A stretch of 30,523 nt of DNA, from assembly GCA_037917625.1 (NCBI GenBank), contig JAVCBY010000081.1, positions 1-30,523 on the forward strand. Reading direction: 5' to 3'. The position numbers and the translations under genes were made by a program. Shown piece after piece: positions 17,332 to 26,026 of the stretch. The stretch comes from Thermoproteota archaeon (GTDB lineage: Archaea; Korarchaeota; Korarchaeia; Korarchaeales; Korarchaeaceae). Under the pieces are notes generated by a model. It searched no databases, was not told the origin of the DNA, and saw nothing but the letters and a program-made list of their open reading frames with translations. Positions within the stretch are counted from its first letter, which is position 1; each line of letters starts with the position of its first letter.

Positions 17332-17649
17332 ATGGCCTTGAGGAGGAAGCTGGCTCTTTATCTCGTCCTGGGACTCCCGCTGCTATTGCTCCCGCTCTCA
17401 TTCGCTGCAGTAGCGGCTCAAGAGACAGCCACAGAGGAAATTAGCGGTCTAAGGTTCGTAGGCATGGCTCTAGCAATCTTGGGGAGTACTATTGGAGCAG
17501 GTATAGCTTTACATGGTGTGGCTGTCGGAGGAAGCGCTCTTTTGGCTGAGAATCCTAAGGCTTTCACTCAAGTACTGATATTAGGAGGTCTGGCTGAGGG
17601 AGTTGCCGTTTATGGGCTTCTGGTGGCCTTCCTGATAATGGGAGGATAA
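17332..17649 (+). CDS. atpK: A/V-type ATP synthase subunit K (c, proteolipid): single hairpin plus signal-like N-terminus
   Basis: SD GGAGGTGG before ATG 17332. GAGIA...ENPK...GLAEGVAVYG contains the ion-carrying Glu. Confidence 0.95.
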   Translation: MALRRKLALYLVLGLPLLLLPLSFAAVAAQETATEEISGLRFVGMALAILGSTIGAGIALHGVAVGGSALLAENPKAFTQVLILGGLAEGVAVYGLLVAFLIMGG

Positions 17650-17715
17650 CTAAACCTTTTTTATTTTAAAACCAGAGAAAAAGATGAGAGATAGAAAGAG
17701 CACTTATAGAGAAAA
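17650..17715. terminator. T-tract terminators between convergent atpK and atpC
   Basis: CTTTTTTATTTT on the + strand; pyrimidine-rich/T tracts on the - strand. Confidence 0.45.
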
Positions 17716-18738
17716 TTATTCACCTCTAGGTGATAGAAGTTGATAGAGTATATCCTTGGAGATACCACTTATTCTACCGAAGAGCACAGTTCTGAGGCTC
17801 TGAGACTCCCACTCCGATGAGATCAAGTAAGATAGTATGTAGGCCTCACTCATAGGACTCATCATAGAGATCCTCACCGCTTCCGTATAAGCTCTCTTGA
17901 GTACTGAGTGCTCTATGACCCACGGTTCGCCGACATCCCTCAAGGAGTCCCTGACCTCGATGGATACCTCCCTATAGGGAGCTATATTCAAAAGCTTATC
18001 TAAGAAGTCTGGCAGATCTCCGGATTGACTAACGGCCTCCAATAACTTCTTGAAGGGGGTCCCGGAGAGTACTCTAATTATGAGGTCATTGCTCATCCCA
18101 AGGTACTTAGCCTTAAGTAATAAGCCTAAGGTCATGTTCTCTAAGTAGGAGCGTATTATTTCATATAGAGGAGTGCCTCTCTTGAGAGGCCCGATTAGGG
18201 AGTCTATGTAGACTTTAGTCAGTATGAGATCCAGCTCGGATGTATTCCTATCTCCTGAGAGCCAGTTTGATATCAAGAATGAGAGCTTCCTTTCTTCAAT
18301 CAGATCGAGTAGATCCTCTAACCTCTCCACTTTCGAGAGCTTAGCAGTATCGTATAAGTAACCAGGATGAGGGAGCAAGCTTAGTCTCTCCAGCCTACCG
18401 AAGAGCAGTGAGAATATGATCCTTCTGATGTTCTCAAGGTCGTACTTGCTCATGTAGACTCTGAGGATGTTCTCCAAAGGGGAAGCTCTCGCTATAGAGA
18501 TGAGCTTATTAGCTCTAATGAAGTTGACCCTCATAGTGACTTCCTCTATCTTTACGGGATCTGATAGATCTTCAGGCTTTTCGAAGAAGCCGCCATAAGA
18601 TGTCTGAGATATCTTATCGAAGAGAGCTCTATCATCCTCTATGAATACCCAAGATCTAAGTTCAGAGGGATCTATTAAATGGGAGGAAAGGCCATGGGTT
18701 CTAACTACGAGATACTTTATCTTAGCATTCCTCAGCAT
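17716..18738 (-). CDS. atpC: A/V-type ATP synthase subunit C (d/AC39 family)
   Basis: YLVVRTHGLSSHL, KYDLENIRRII and YLISSEWESQSLRTV. Size 340 aa and operon position fit. Confidence 0.85.
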   Translation of the reverse strand: MLRNAKIKYLVVRTHGLSSHLIDPSELRSWVFIEDDRALFDKISQTSYGGFFEKPEDLSDPVKIEEVTMRVNFIRANKLISIARASPLENILRVYMSKYDLENIRRIIFSLLFGRLERLSLLPHPGYLYDTAKLSKVERLEDLLDLIEERKLSFLISNWLSGDRNTSELDLILTKVYIDSLIGPLKRGTPLYEIIRSYLENMTLGLLLKAKYLGMSNDLIIRVLSGTPFKKLLEAVSQSGDLPDFLDKLLNIAPYREVSIEVRDSLRDVGEPWVIEHSVLKRAYTEAVRISMMSPMSEAYILSYLISSEWESQSLRTVLFGRISGISKDILYQLLSPRGE

Positions 18739-19355
18739 TACTCTCCCCTCTTTATCTCCCTATACTTCTTGACCATGATGAACTCCTCCAAGGATTCCTC
18801 CTCTAACATCTCCTCTATGTACCTTATAGCAGCTTCGTGATCTGGAATGACTATCTTCTCCAGAGCATTCACCTTCCTCATCGTATCAGCTAGAGCTGTG
18901 GCAATCCTCTCGAACTTCGCTTCAGAATTAACCAAAGGCATCATCTCCCTTATAGCATCTGCGAATTTCCTAGAAGCAGCTATGACTACGGCATTCAGTG
19001 AGGGAGAAGTAGCGAGGCTCAGACCGATGATTTTAGTCTCGGGGACCTCCACTCCTATCACGCTCCTCACTTTCATCTCCGTGAGGAGGGGGGTCGTTAA
19101 TAAAGCGGCTTTCTTCATTTCCTCCGGCCCTGCAGCTGAATAAGCGAGTCTCAGAATCTTATAAGCATCCTCAAGCTTCTTCTCTATATCGCTCCTCCTC
19201 TTGAGATCCGGTATCAGTGATTGGCACTCCCTGACTAGCTGATCTCTCTTCATCTTCAGAGCTTCTACTCCAGACTTGAGGAGTCTGGTCCTCTCCCTCA
19301 GCCTTATCAAAAACCCCTTAGTGGGGAGGACCCTCCCCACGGATCTGAAGCTCAT
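18738..19355 (-). CDS. atpD: A/V-type ATP synthase subunit D
   Basis: PTKGFLIRL...LKMKRDQL, VIGVEVP and TMRKVNALEKIVIP. Confidence 0.95.
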   Translation of the reverse strand: MSFRSVGRVLPTKGFLIRLRERTRLLKSGVEALKMKRDQLVRECQSLIPDLKRRSDIEKKLEDAYKILRLAYSAAGPEEMKKAALLTTPLLTEMKVRSVIGVEVPETKIIGLSLATSPSLNAVVIAASRKFADAIREMMPLVNSEAKFERIATALADTMRKVNALEKIVIPDHEAAIRYIEEMLEEESLEEFIMVKKYREIKRGE

Positions 19356-19359
19356 GGGA

Positions 19360-20757
19360 TCACCTTTCCACTAGGAGCCTCCTCCTCGGGTGGTACTTGC
19401 TTATGGTCTTCTCACTTATCCTAGTGAGCTCGGACTCCGGAAGGACTGAAAGTATGTCCCATGCTATGTTTAGCGTCTCCTCTATAGTCCTCCTCTCCTT
19501 GAAACCTTGGGAAACGAATTCTCTCTCAAATCTCCTGGCGAATTCCAAGTATAACCTCTCCCTCTGGCTGAGCCCAGCTTCTCCAACTATTTGGACGAGC
19601 TCTCTAGCCTTAGTTCCCTGGCTATATGCCGCATAAAGTTGATCAGATACTTCCTTATGATCCTCTCTAGTCTTCCCCGGCCCTATCCCATCCTTCATCA
19701 ACCTGCTGAGGCTGGGTAGCACGTTAATAGGCGGGTATATCCCCCTGTTATACAAATCCAGATCCAAGAATATCTGCCCCTCAGTTATATAACCCGTGAG
19801 ATCGGGGATCGGGTGAGTCAAATCTCCTCCGGGCATCGTGAGTATAGGCATGAAAGTTATAGATCCAGGTCTCCCAATGATCCTACCCGCCCTCTCGTAT
19901 ATACTAGCTAGATCACTGTACATGTATCCCGGATACCCCTTCCTGCTCGGAACCTCTTCTCTAGCTGAGCTAAGTTCTCGTAAAGCTTCACAGTAATTGG
20001 TCATATCTGTTATTATTACTAGGACATCCATCCCCAGATCAAATGCTAGATACTCAGCCACCGTTAGGGCGACTCTAGGCGTAGTTATCCTCTCAATGAC
20101 AGGATCGTTCGCGAGGTTGAGGAAGAGCACAGATCTACTCAGGGCTCCAAATTCCTCAAATTGCCTCCTGAAGAAGAGAACATCGTCATACTTGAGCCCA
20201 ACGGCAGCGAATACTATGGAGAATTTCTCCTCCCTTCCGAGGACGACAGCTTGCCTCGCTATCTGGGCAGCGACTTCATTGTGCGGAAGCCCCGATTCCG
20301 AGAATATAGGTAACTTCTGACCCCTTATCAAGCTGAGCATACCATCTATTGCGCTTATCCCAGTCTCTATGAACTCATCTGGGTAATCCCTCTTCACAGG
20401 GTTTATCGGTGCCCCGTTTATGTCCCTGAAATCCTCAGCCCTTATTTTAGGGCCTCCATCGATGGGCTCACCAGCTCCATTGAAGACCCTGCCGAGGACC
20501 TCATCCGATACAGCTACTTTAAGCGTCGACCCTGTGAATTTGACTATAGCATTACTATCTAATCCCTCGGTATCCCCGAGTATCTGTATGACGACTTTAT
20601 CCCTCCCAGCTTCCAATACTTGGCCGAGCCACTCCCTCCCATCTTCAGAGTATATCCTGACCACTTCCTCGTAAGCTACGCCGGGCACTCCTCTCATTAT
20701 GACGAGAGGACCCTTAACCTGATCTATACCTCTAAAAGCGATCCCCTTTATAGGCAT
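19360..20757 (-). CDS. atpB: A/V-type ATP synthase subunit B
   Basis: [33 protein letters not shown] and [15 protein letters not shown]. Confidence 0.98.
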   Translation of the reverse strand: MPIKGIAFRGIDQVKGPLVIMRGVPGVAYEEVVRIYSEDGREWLGQVLEAGRDKVVIQILGDTEGLDSNAIVKFTGSTLKVAVSDEVLGRVFNGAGEPIDGGPKIRAEDFRDINGAPINPVKRDYPDEFIETGISAIDGMLSLIRGQKLPIFSESGLPHNEVAAQIARQAVVLGREEKFSIVFAAVGLKYDDVLFFRRQFEEFGALSRSVLFLNLANDPVIERITTPRVALTVAEYLAFDLGMDVLVIITDMTNYCEALRELSSAREEVPSRKGYPGYMYSDLASIYERAGRIIGRPGSITFMPILTMPGGDLTHPIPDLTGYITEGQIFLDLDLYNRGIYPPINVLPSLSRLMKDGIGPGKTREDHKEVSDQLYAAYSQGTKARELVQIVGEAGLSQRERLYLEFARRFEREFVSQGFKERRTIEETLNIAWDILSVLPESELTRISEKTISKYHPRRRLLVER

Positions 20758-22544
20758 TATCTCACCTCCGCTAATAAGGAGGATATTTCCGCCTCGAGCT
20801 GGGAGATAGCATCCCTCGCAGCCGCCTCAAACTCCTCCTCAGGTACGAACTTGAGCCTCCTCAAGAGTCCAAGAGATCTCATCTCAGTTATCTTAGACAT
20901 CGGAACACCCGCCTCTATTAGAGGCTTAGCTCTATCGTAGAACTCTAGTAATGTCTTGAGGAGGATCGCCTGCTTCTTGGGGGAGCAATAGGTATCGACC
21001 TCATGGTACGCACTCTGAACTAGGAATCCCTCCTTTATTAGCTCAGCAGATAAGAGAACGAGTCTGTTCTCATCGGAAAGGGCTGCCTCACCAACTACTC
21101 TAGCGACTTCTTCCAAGCTAGATGCTGCTTGCAGTAGGGACATAGCTCTCTCCCTGTATTCGACCATATCGTGGCCTGTCGCATTTATCCACCAGTTCCT
21201 CAAGGCAGGAGCATATTTTGAGAAGCTTCTAAGCCAATTTATCGATGGGAAGTGCCTCTTAAATGCGAGATCTTTATCAAGAGCCCAGAAAGCTCCTACA
21301 TACCTCATAGTATGCTGAGTCACTGGTTCATTGAGATCACCTCCTGAAGGGCTGACAGCCCCTATTATAGCTATAGAACCGATCTCATCCCTATTTCCAA
21401 TTACCTTGACCCTCCCAGCCCTCTCGTAGAAGGAAGCTATGAAATCCGGAAGATAGGCTGGGAATCCCTTCTCAGATGGTATCTCCTCCAATCTGGAGCT
21501 TAACTCTCTCAGGGCTTCGGCCCACCTCGAAGTAGAGTCTGCTGTAAGCACTACGTGGAGTCCCATGTCCCTGTAATACTCAGCGTAAGTGACCCCCATG
21601 AATATGCTGGCCTCCCTCGCGGGCACTGGCATGTTGCTAGTATTAGCTATGAGGACGCTCCTCTCCAGTAGGGGTCTCCCCGTCTTAGGATCCACTAACT
21701 TCGGGAACGTATGTAAGAGATCGGTCATCTCATTGCCCCTCTCCCCACATCCTACATAGACGACTACATCGGCATCAGCCCACTTCGATATCTGATGTAG
21801 AGTGACCGTTTTCCCGGTCCCGAAGCCCCCTGGGACCGCGGAGGTGCCTCCCTTGACTATCGGGAAGAACGTATCTATGACCCTTTGACCAGTGATTAAG
21901 AGCTCTGTAGGATCTAATTTCTCCTTAAATGGTCTTGGGTTTCTCACAGGCCATTTTTGATATATCCTAAGCTCCTCTTTCCCTCCAACATGTTCTATGA
22001 GGGCGATCCCTTCCTCTATTGTGTAATCCCCCTCCGGATGAGTCTCTAAAACTCTCGCTCTCGGGATGTTAGGTGGGAGCATTATCTTATGATCTATCGG
22101 TCCCTCCTTGACCTTCCCGAGGACATCGCCCATCTGAACTAAATCGCCCCGCTTCACCTGGGGTATCCAATGCCACTTCTTATCCCTAGGTAATGTCGGG
22201 GATTTGATCCCCCTAACTATGAAGGGACCTCCAGCTTTCTCAGCTATTACCTCCAATGGTCTTCCGAGCCCATCCAATACTTGCCCCAGCAACCCAGGCC
22301 CTAGCTCAGCTGAAAGTGGTTCTCCAGTCCTCTCAACTGGTTCCCCTGCTTTAACACCGCCAGTAGGCTCATATACTTGTATAACAGCTCTATCCTCCTC
22401 TATCCTCACTATCTCCCCTATTAACCTCTCTTCCCCGACGTAAACGACCTCTCTTATCTTCGAACCTCTCATCCCCTCAGCTATAACGACGGGCCCCTTC
22501 ACATGGACTATGACGCCTTTCCCAACGTAGGCTTGCTCTAACAT
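20757..22544 (-). CDS. atpA: A/V-type ATP synthase subunit A (no intein)
   Basis: P-loop [31 protein letters not shown] and [12 protein letters not shown]. Confidence 0.98.
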   Translation of the reverse strand: MLEQAYVGKGVIVHVKGPVVIAEGMRGSKIREVVYVGEERLIGEIVRIEEDRAVIQVYEPTGGVKAGEPVERTGEPLSAELGPGLLGQVLDGLGRPLEVIAEKAGGPFIVRGIKSPTLPRDKKWHWIPQVKRGDLVQMGDVLGKVKEGPIDHKIMLPPNIPRARVLETHPEGDYTIEEGIALIEHVGGKEELRIYQKWPVRNPRPFKEKLDPTELLITGQRVIDTFFPIVKGGTSAVPGGFGTGKTVTLHQISKWADADVVVYVGCGERGNEMTDLLHTFPKLVDPKTGRPLLERSVLIANTSNMPVPAREASIFMGVTYAEYYRDMGLHVVLTADSTSRWAEALRELSSRLEEIPSEKGFPAYLPDFIASFYERAGRVKVIGNRDEIGSIAIIGAVSPSGGDLNEPVTQHTMRYVGAFWALDKDLAFKRHFPSINWLRSFSKYAPALRNWWINATGHDMVEYRERAMSLLQAASSLEEVARVVGEAALSDENRLVLLSAELIKEGFLVQSAYHEVDTYCSPKKQAILLKTLLEFYDRAKPLIEAGVPMSKITEMRSLGLLRRLKFVPEEEFEAAARDAISQLEAEISSLLAEVR

Positions 22545-23168
22545 CTAAATCCCCCCGAAGATCCTCTCAATTATATAAGGCATCTTCCTCTCTAAGTAGT
22601 CCCTCAGTCTGCCGTCGAAGGTATTGTAATACCTCCTCTCATCCCTCGAATCCCTCAGGACGACCCCACCGATTATGGGCAAGCTTCTAGGATCGACTTT
22701 AACTTTCGCGCCGAGCTCTTTAGCTATCCTCTCCAGAAGTTCTCTATCCTTCTCCCTTCCGATCAGGTAAATCTCCCCCTCTCCTAGGGCCTTTATTCCT
22801 TCTAAACAGTAATTCCTCAGGATCTCATGATAATCCCAGTTAGGGTCCTCGCCATCAGCTATAGATTGGAGTCTCTCCTGCAATATCCTAATTAAATTAT
22901 CGATAACTTCCTTCTTCGCTCTTAAAATCCTTTGATTCGCCTCCACCTCAGCAGCGCTCCTCCTTCTAGCGATCTCCTCTTTCATCTCCCTCTCAGCTCT
23001 CTCCCTCCTAGCTCTCACTATCTGCTCAGCTTCCTTCTTAGCTGATTCCACTATCTCCTTCGCTCTCCTCCTGGCCTCCTCTACTATGGCCCCAGCTCTA
23101 TCCTCCGCGACCTTCAGTATAGCTCTAACGATAGCTTGGGAGTCCGCGACCTCTGTGACTTCACTCAC
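22545..23168 (-). CDS. atpE: A/V-type ATP synthase subunit E
   Basis: N-terminal Ala/Glu/Arg helix and C-terminal IIGGVVL...YYNTFDGRL. Confidence 0.92.
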   Translation of the reverse strand: MSEVTEVADSQAIVRAILKVAEDRAGAIVEEARRRAKEIVESAKKEAEQIVRARRERAEREMKEEIARRRSAAEVEANQRILRAKKEVIDNLIRILQERLQSIADGEDPNWDYHEILRNYCLEGIKALGEGEIYLIGREKDRELLERIAKELGAKVKVDPRSLPIIGGVVLRDSRDERRYYNTFDGRLRDYLERKMPYIIERIFGGI

Positions 23169-23457
23169 CGTATATCACCTCCCTCAATATCTCATCTGTG
23201 ACCTCTTCCATCCTCTCCATAGCCCTCTTTCTCAATTCCTCCGATTTCTTAGTGGCCTCATTGATGATTTTCTCCTCATCCTTCGTTATCTCCTCCATTA
23301 CAGCGAGCTCTATCGGCATCTTCTTCGCCTCCTCTATTATCCTCCTCGCCTCCTCCTCTGCACCCTCTATTATCCTCCTCGCCTCCTCCTGGGCACTTTC
23401 CACTATCCTAGAGGCCTCCCTCTCAGCCTCCATTATCGCTTCAACTAGCCTAGGCAT
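23161..23457 (-). CDS. atpH: A/V-type ATP synthase subunit H (G)
   Basis: 98-aa helical protein with EAEREA..IVE.AQEEARRII repeats, lying between atpF and atpE. Confidence 0.85.
   Translation of the reverse strand: MPRLVEAIMEAEREASRIVESAQEEARRIIEGAEEEARRIIEEAKKMPIELAVMEEITKDEEKIINEATKKSEELRKRAMERMEEVTDEILREVIYGE
23331..23390. repeat. Intragenic direct repeat (27 nt identical, 33-nt period) in atpH
   Basis: CCTCTATTATCCTCCTCGCCTCCTCCT at 23331-23357 and 23364-23390, encoding an 11-residue EEARRIIE repeat. Confidence 0.8.
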
Positions 23458-23466
23458 AATATCACC

Positions 23467-23811
23467 CTAAAACCTTAATTCCTCACTTCCAAGGGCTCTT
23501 GCTAATAAAGAGGATAGTTCCTTCAATCTAACCCCTCTAGAACCCTCTATATCAGGAACAATAGCAAAAATAGGTCTATTTTTACCTCTCCTTAAGAGAT
23601 CTTCTCTATAGTCACTTATCTCTTCAGCGACCCTTTCATTTACGAAGACCACATGAGGCAACTCATTTTCGTTCTCCCTGAAGAACTTAATGAGAGCGCT
23701 TCTCCCCTTTAAGACCTTACTAGAAATTCCTATCATCTCAAATGCGAGAGCGAGGATCTCATCATCGGTTACAGCGATCGGGGAGCTGGCTATACTTCCC
23801 CTTTCACTCAT
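23467..23811 (-). CDS. atpF: A/V-type ATP synthase subunit F
   Basis: Start reassigned to ATG 23811 (SD GAGGTG). IAVTDDEILALAFEMIG, VVFVNE, PIFAIVPD and ARALG. Confidence 0.85.
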   Translation of the reverse strand: MSERGSIASSPIAVTDDEILALAFEMIGISSKVLKGRSALIKFFRENENELPHVVFVNERVAEEISDYREDLLRRGKNRPIFAIVPDIEGSRGVRLKELSSLLARALGSEELRF

Positions 23812-23835
23812 GTAATGCACCTCTCCAAATGGGAG

Positions 23836-23851
23836 GAAAAGAATATAAAAA
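23836..23851. promoter_or_regulatory. BRE/TATA element for tRNA-Leu, possibly shared divergently with atpF
   Basis: GAAAAGAATATAAAAA about 25-30 nt upstream of the tRNA. It reads TTTTTATAT on the - strand upstream of atpF. Confidence 0.55.
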
Positions 23852-23873
23852 CTGAGTCCCTCACTATAATGCA

Positions 23874-23958
23874 GCGGGGGTGGCCGAGCCGGGACAAAGG
23901 CGGCGGACTTAAGATCCGCTCCCTTAGGGGTTCGTGGGTTCAAATCCCACCCCCCGCA
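23874..23958 (+). tRNA. tRNA-Leu, anticodon TAA; intronless, CCA not encoded
   Basis: Acceptor GCGGGGG/CCCCCGC+A, anticodon arm GCGGA-CTTAAGA-TCCGC, long variable arm CCCTTAGGG, and T arm GTGGG-TTCAAAT-CCCAC. Confidence 0.97.
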
Positions 23959-24122
23959 TATTCTAAAAATTCCCTTATCCTCAATATAACTCACTAATGG
24001 GACGACTGCTAATTCAAGCTATCGGCGATGAAGCTTCAATGAGAGTCTGAAGCAGCATTTTTAATAAGCGGAGCATAATTGTTAAAAAGTAACCAATCCT
24101 TCGGGAACTGGGTGTCATATCG

Positions 24123-24689
24123 TTGCTTGAGAGGGAGGTCAAAGTGAGGGTAAGTCATTCAGATTTCTTGAGATCCCTGGAGTCCCTAGGGTTGGATTAT
24201 GAAATAGTTAGCAGCGATTCTCAGGAAGATATCTACTTAGATTTCGATGATTGTAGGCTCATGCTGAGCGATGCAGCCCTCAGGATAAGGGTAACAAGGA
24301 GAGGCGCCTTACTCACGTACAAGGGCCCTAGATCCATTGTGAATGGGGAGAAACTTAGGGAGGAGATAGAGGGATTCTTGGGCAGTGATGAATGTTATTC
24401 CGCTCTAAAGTCACTTGGAATTCCACTAAAGTGTCCAAAGGAGCTTGAGGAGATGATGGAACATCTCAAGGAGTACGGGATCACTGAGAAGCTACGAGTC
24501 AGGAAGGTGAGGAAGGAGCTGAGGGTTAATGGAATTGAGGGGAGAGTATATCTGGATGATGTAGAGGGACTGGGGGAGTTCGTAGAGGTGGAGGGGGAAG
24601 GATCGATAGATCTCATCAGGAGATTGAATATGACTTGCAAGGTAGTTACTCCAAGCTATGCCGATCTTTTACATGCTATTGAGCATTGA
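24123..24689 (+). CDS. cyaB: CYTH-domain protein (class IV adenylate cyclase/triphosphate tunnel metalloenzyme family)
   Basis: ExExK motif EREVK, QEDIY, ALRIR, LTYKGP, LDDVEGLGEFVEVE and SYADLL. Confidence 0.88.
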   Translation: MLEREVKVRVSHSDFLRSLESLGLDYEIVSSDSQEDIYLDFDDCRLMLSDAALRIRVTRRGALLTYKGPRSIVNGEKLREEIEGFLGSDECYSALKSLGIPLKCPKELEEMMEHLKEYGITEKLRVRKVRKELRVNGIEGRVYLDDVEGLGEFVEVEGEGSIDLIRRLNMTCKVVTPSYADLLHAIEH

Positions 24690-25973
24690 AGTTACCCCTG
24701 ATCTCTCGAGCAGATCTATTGAGCTTTTCTCAGCCTCTTCATATATTTTCTCTTCTCCCTTAATCCTGAAGCTCCCATCGTAGAGCAGATTTCCCCTGAC
24801 TAGGACGTACTTGACGTCGGTCGATTTAGCTGAGTACACTAGGTGAGATATCACTGAGTGTAACGGGTTCCACCAGGGGACCTTAGTGTTCAAGAGCACT
24901 ATATCAGCTTCATATCCCTCCACTATCCTCCCTATCCTCCAAGGTAAGTGCTCAGCAGGTATTATAGTTGCCATATCTAGGATCAATTGAGCTGGCATCA
25001 CAGTGGGATCCATTTTCCTGACTTTCTGTATGATAGCAGCCGTTTTCATCGTCTCGAACATATCTAAGGAGTTGTTACTAGCGGCTCCATCAGTCCCCAG
25101 GGATACTCTGACTCCCCTTTCGATCATCTCAGGCACTGGTGCGATTCCTGAGGAGAGCTTAAGGTTACTTATGGGATTATGCGAGACTAGAGATCCTGAA
25201 CTAGCTACCATGGTGAGATCTTCATCATCAGGCCATACTAGATGGGCTAGAACAGTTCTCTTACCCAGAATACCTGACTCCTCAATCAACTTGACTGGAC
25301 TCTTCCCATATTTCTCCTTAATCTCCTTAACTTCCCCCTCCGTCTCCGATACATGTATCTGGATCCACGCACCTGATCTGCTGGCTATCTCAACTAAGTT
25401 AGATGGCGAGACCGTGTAAGGGGCATGTGGCCCGTAGCATGGTAGGATTAGAGGATCATTAATCCATCTATTTACAAAGGAATCAGCTCTTTTGAGACAT
25501 TCCTCAAAGTCCTTGCATTCTGGGGTTCCAAAATCTATTATAGCTGACGCTAGTACTCCCCTGACCCCAAATTCCTTGAAAACTTCTGCTATAACGTCCT
25601 CGAAGAAGTACATATCGAATATCGTCGTGGTCCCCGTTCTCACAGACTCCAAGATCCCTAGCTCAGTCCCGGCCCTTATATGATGAGGCCTGAGGTTCGC
25701 TTCCATGGGCCATATCTTCTCACTCAACCAGGGGAAGAGGGGGATATCATCAGCTACTCCCCTGAACAGCGTCATAGGTATATGGGTATGCGTATTTATG
25801 AGTCCGGGGATCGCAACAAGGTCCCTTCCATCTATGATCTCGTCAGCTGACTCAGACAAATTCCCAATTTTCTCAATAATCCCTTCCTTAATCAAGATAT
25901 CCTTGTCCCTCAGGATACGCCTATCATCATCCTGAGTCACTAGGAACCTCAACCCCTTGATGAGTATCTCCAT
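24669..25973 (-). CDS. mtaD: Amidohydrolase, MtaD/DadD-like (MTA/SAH/5'-deoxyadenosine deaminase)
   Basis: PGLINTHTH, WLSEKIWPME, PHAPYT, IHVSET and GTDGAASNNSLDMF. Confidence 0.85.
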   Translation of the reverse strand: MEILIKGLRFLVTQDDDRRILRDKDILIKEGIIEKIGNLSESADEIIDGRDLVAIPGLINTHTHIPMTLFRGVADDIPLFPWLSEKIWPMEANLRPHHIRAGTELGILESVRTGTTTIFDMYFFEDVIAEVFKEFGVRGVLASAIIDFGTPECKDFEECLKRADSFVNRWINDPLILPCYGPHAPYTVSPSNLVEIASRSGAWIQIHVSETEGEVKEIKEKYGKSPVKLIEESGILGKRTVLAHLVWPDDEDLTMVASSGSLVSHNPISNLKLSSGIAPVPEMIERGVRVSLGTDGAASNNSLDMFETMKTAAIIQKVRKMDPTVMPAQLILDMATIIPAEHLPWRIGRIVEGYEADIVLLNTKVPWWNPLHSVISHLVYSAKSTDVKYVLVRGNLLYDGSFRIKGEEKIYEEAEKSSIDLLERSGVTSMLNSM

Positions 25974-26026
25974 ACGATCCCCCGAGATTGCCCGAAAATA
26001 ATTAAATAGAGCTTTCGGTAGGACCA

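Noticed and set aside
20757-22544. Inteins in AtpA or Lhr
   Set aside because: Lengths and motifs are contiguous, with no splice-junction or LAGLIDADG signatures seen.
23331-23390. 27-nt direct repeat as a CRISPR or mobile repeat
   Set aside because: Only two copies, in frame within atpH, encoding the 11-residue periodicity expected of peripheral-stalk coiled coils.
23874-23958. tRNA as the integration site of a mobile element
   Set aside because: No integrase, and no duplicated tRNA 3' end was seen in the window. The flanks are housekeeping genes.
23812-23994. N-terminal 61 aa of the 175-aa ORF in the track
   Set aside because: It runs antisense through tRNA-Leu. The real atpF start is ATG 23811, which has an SD.
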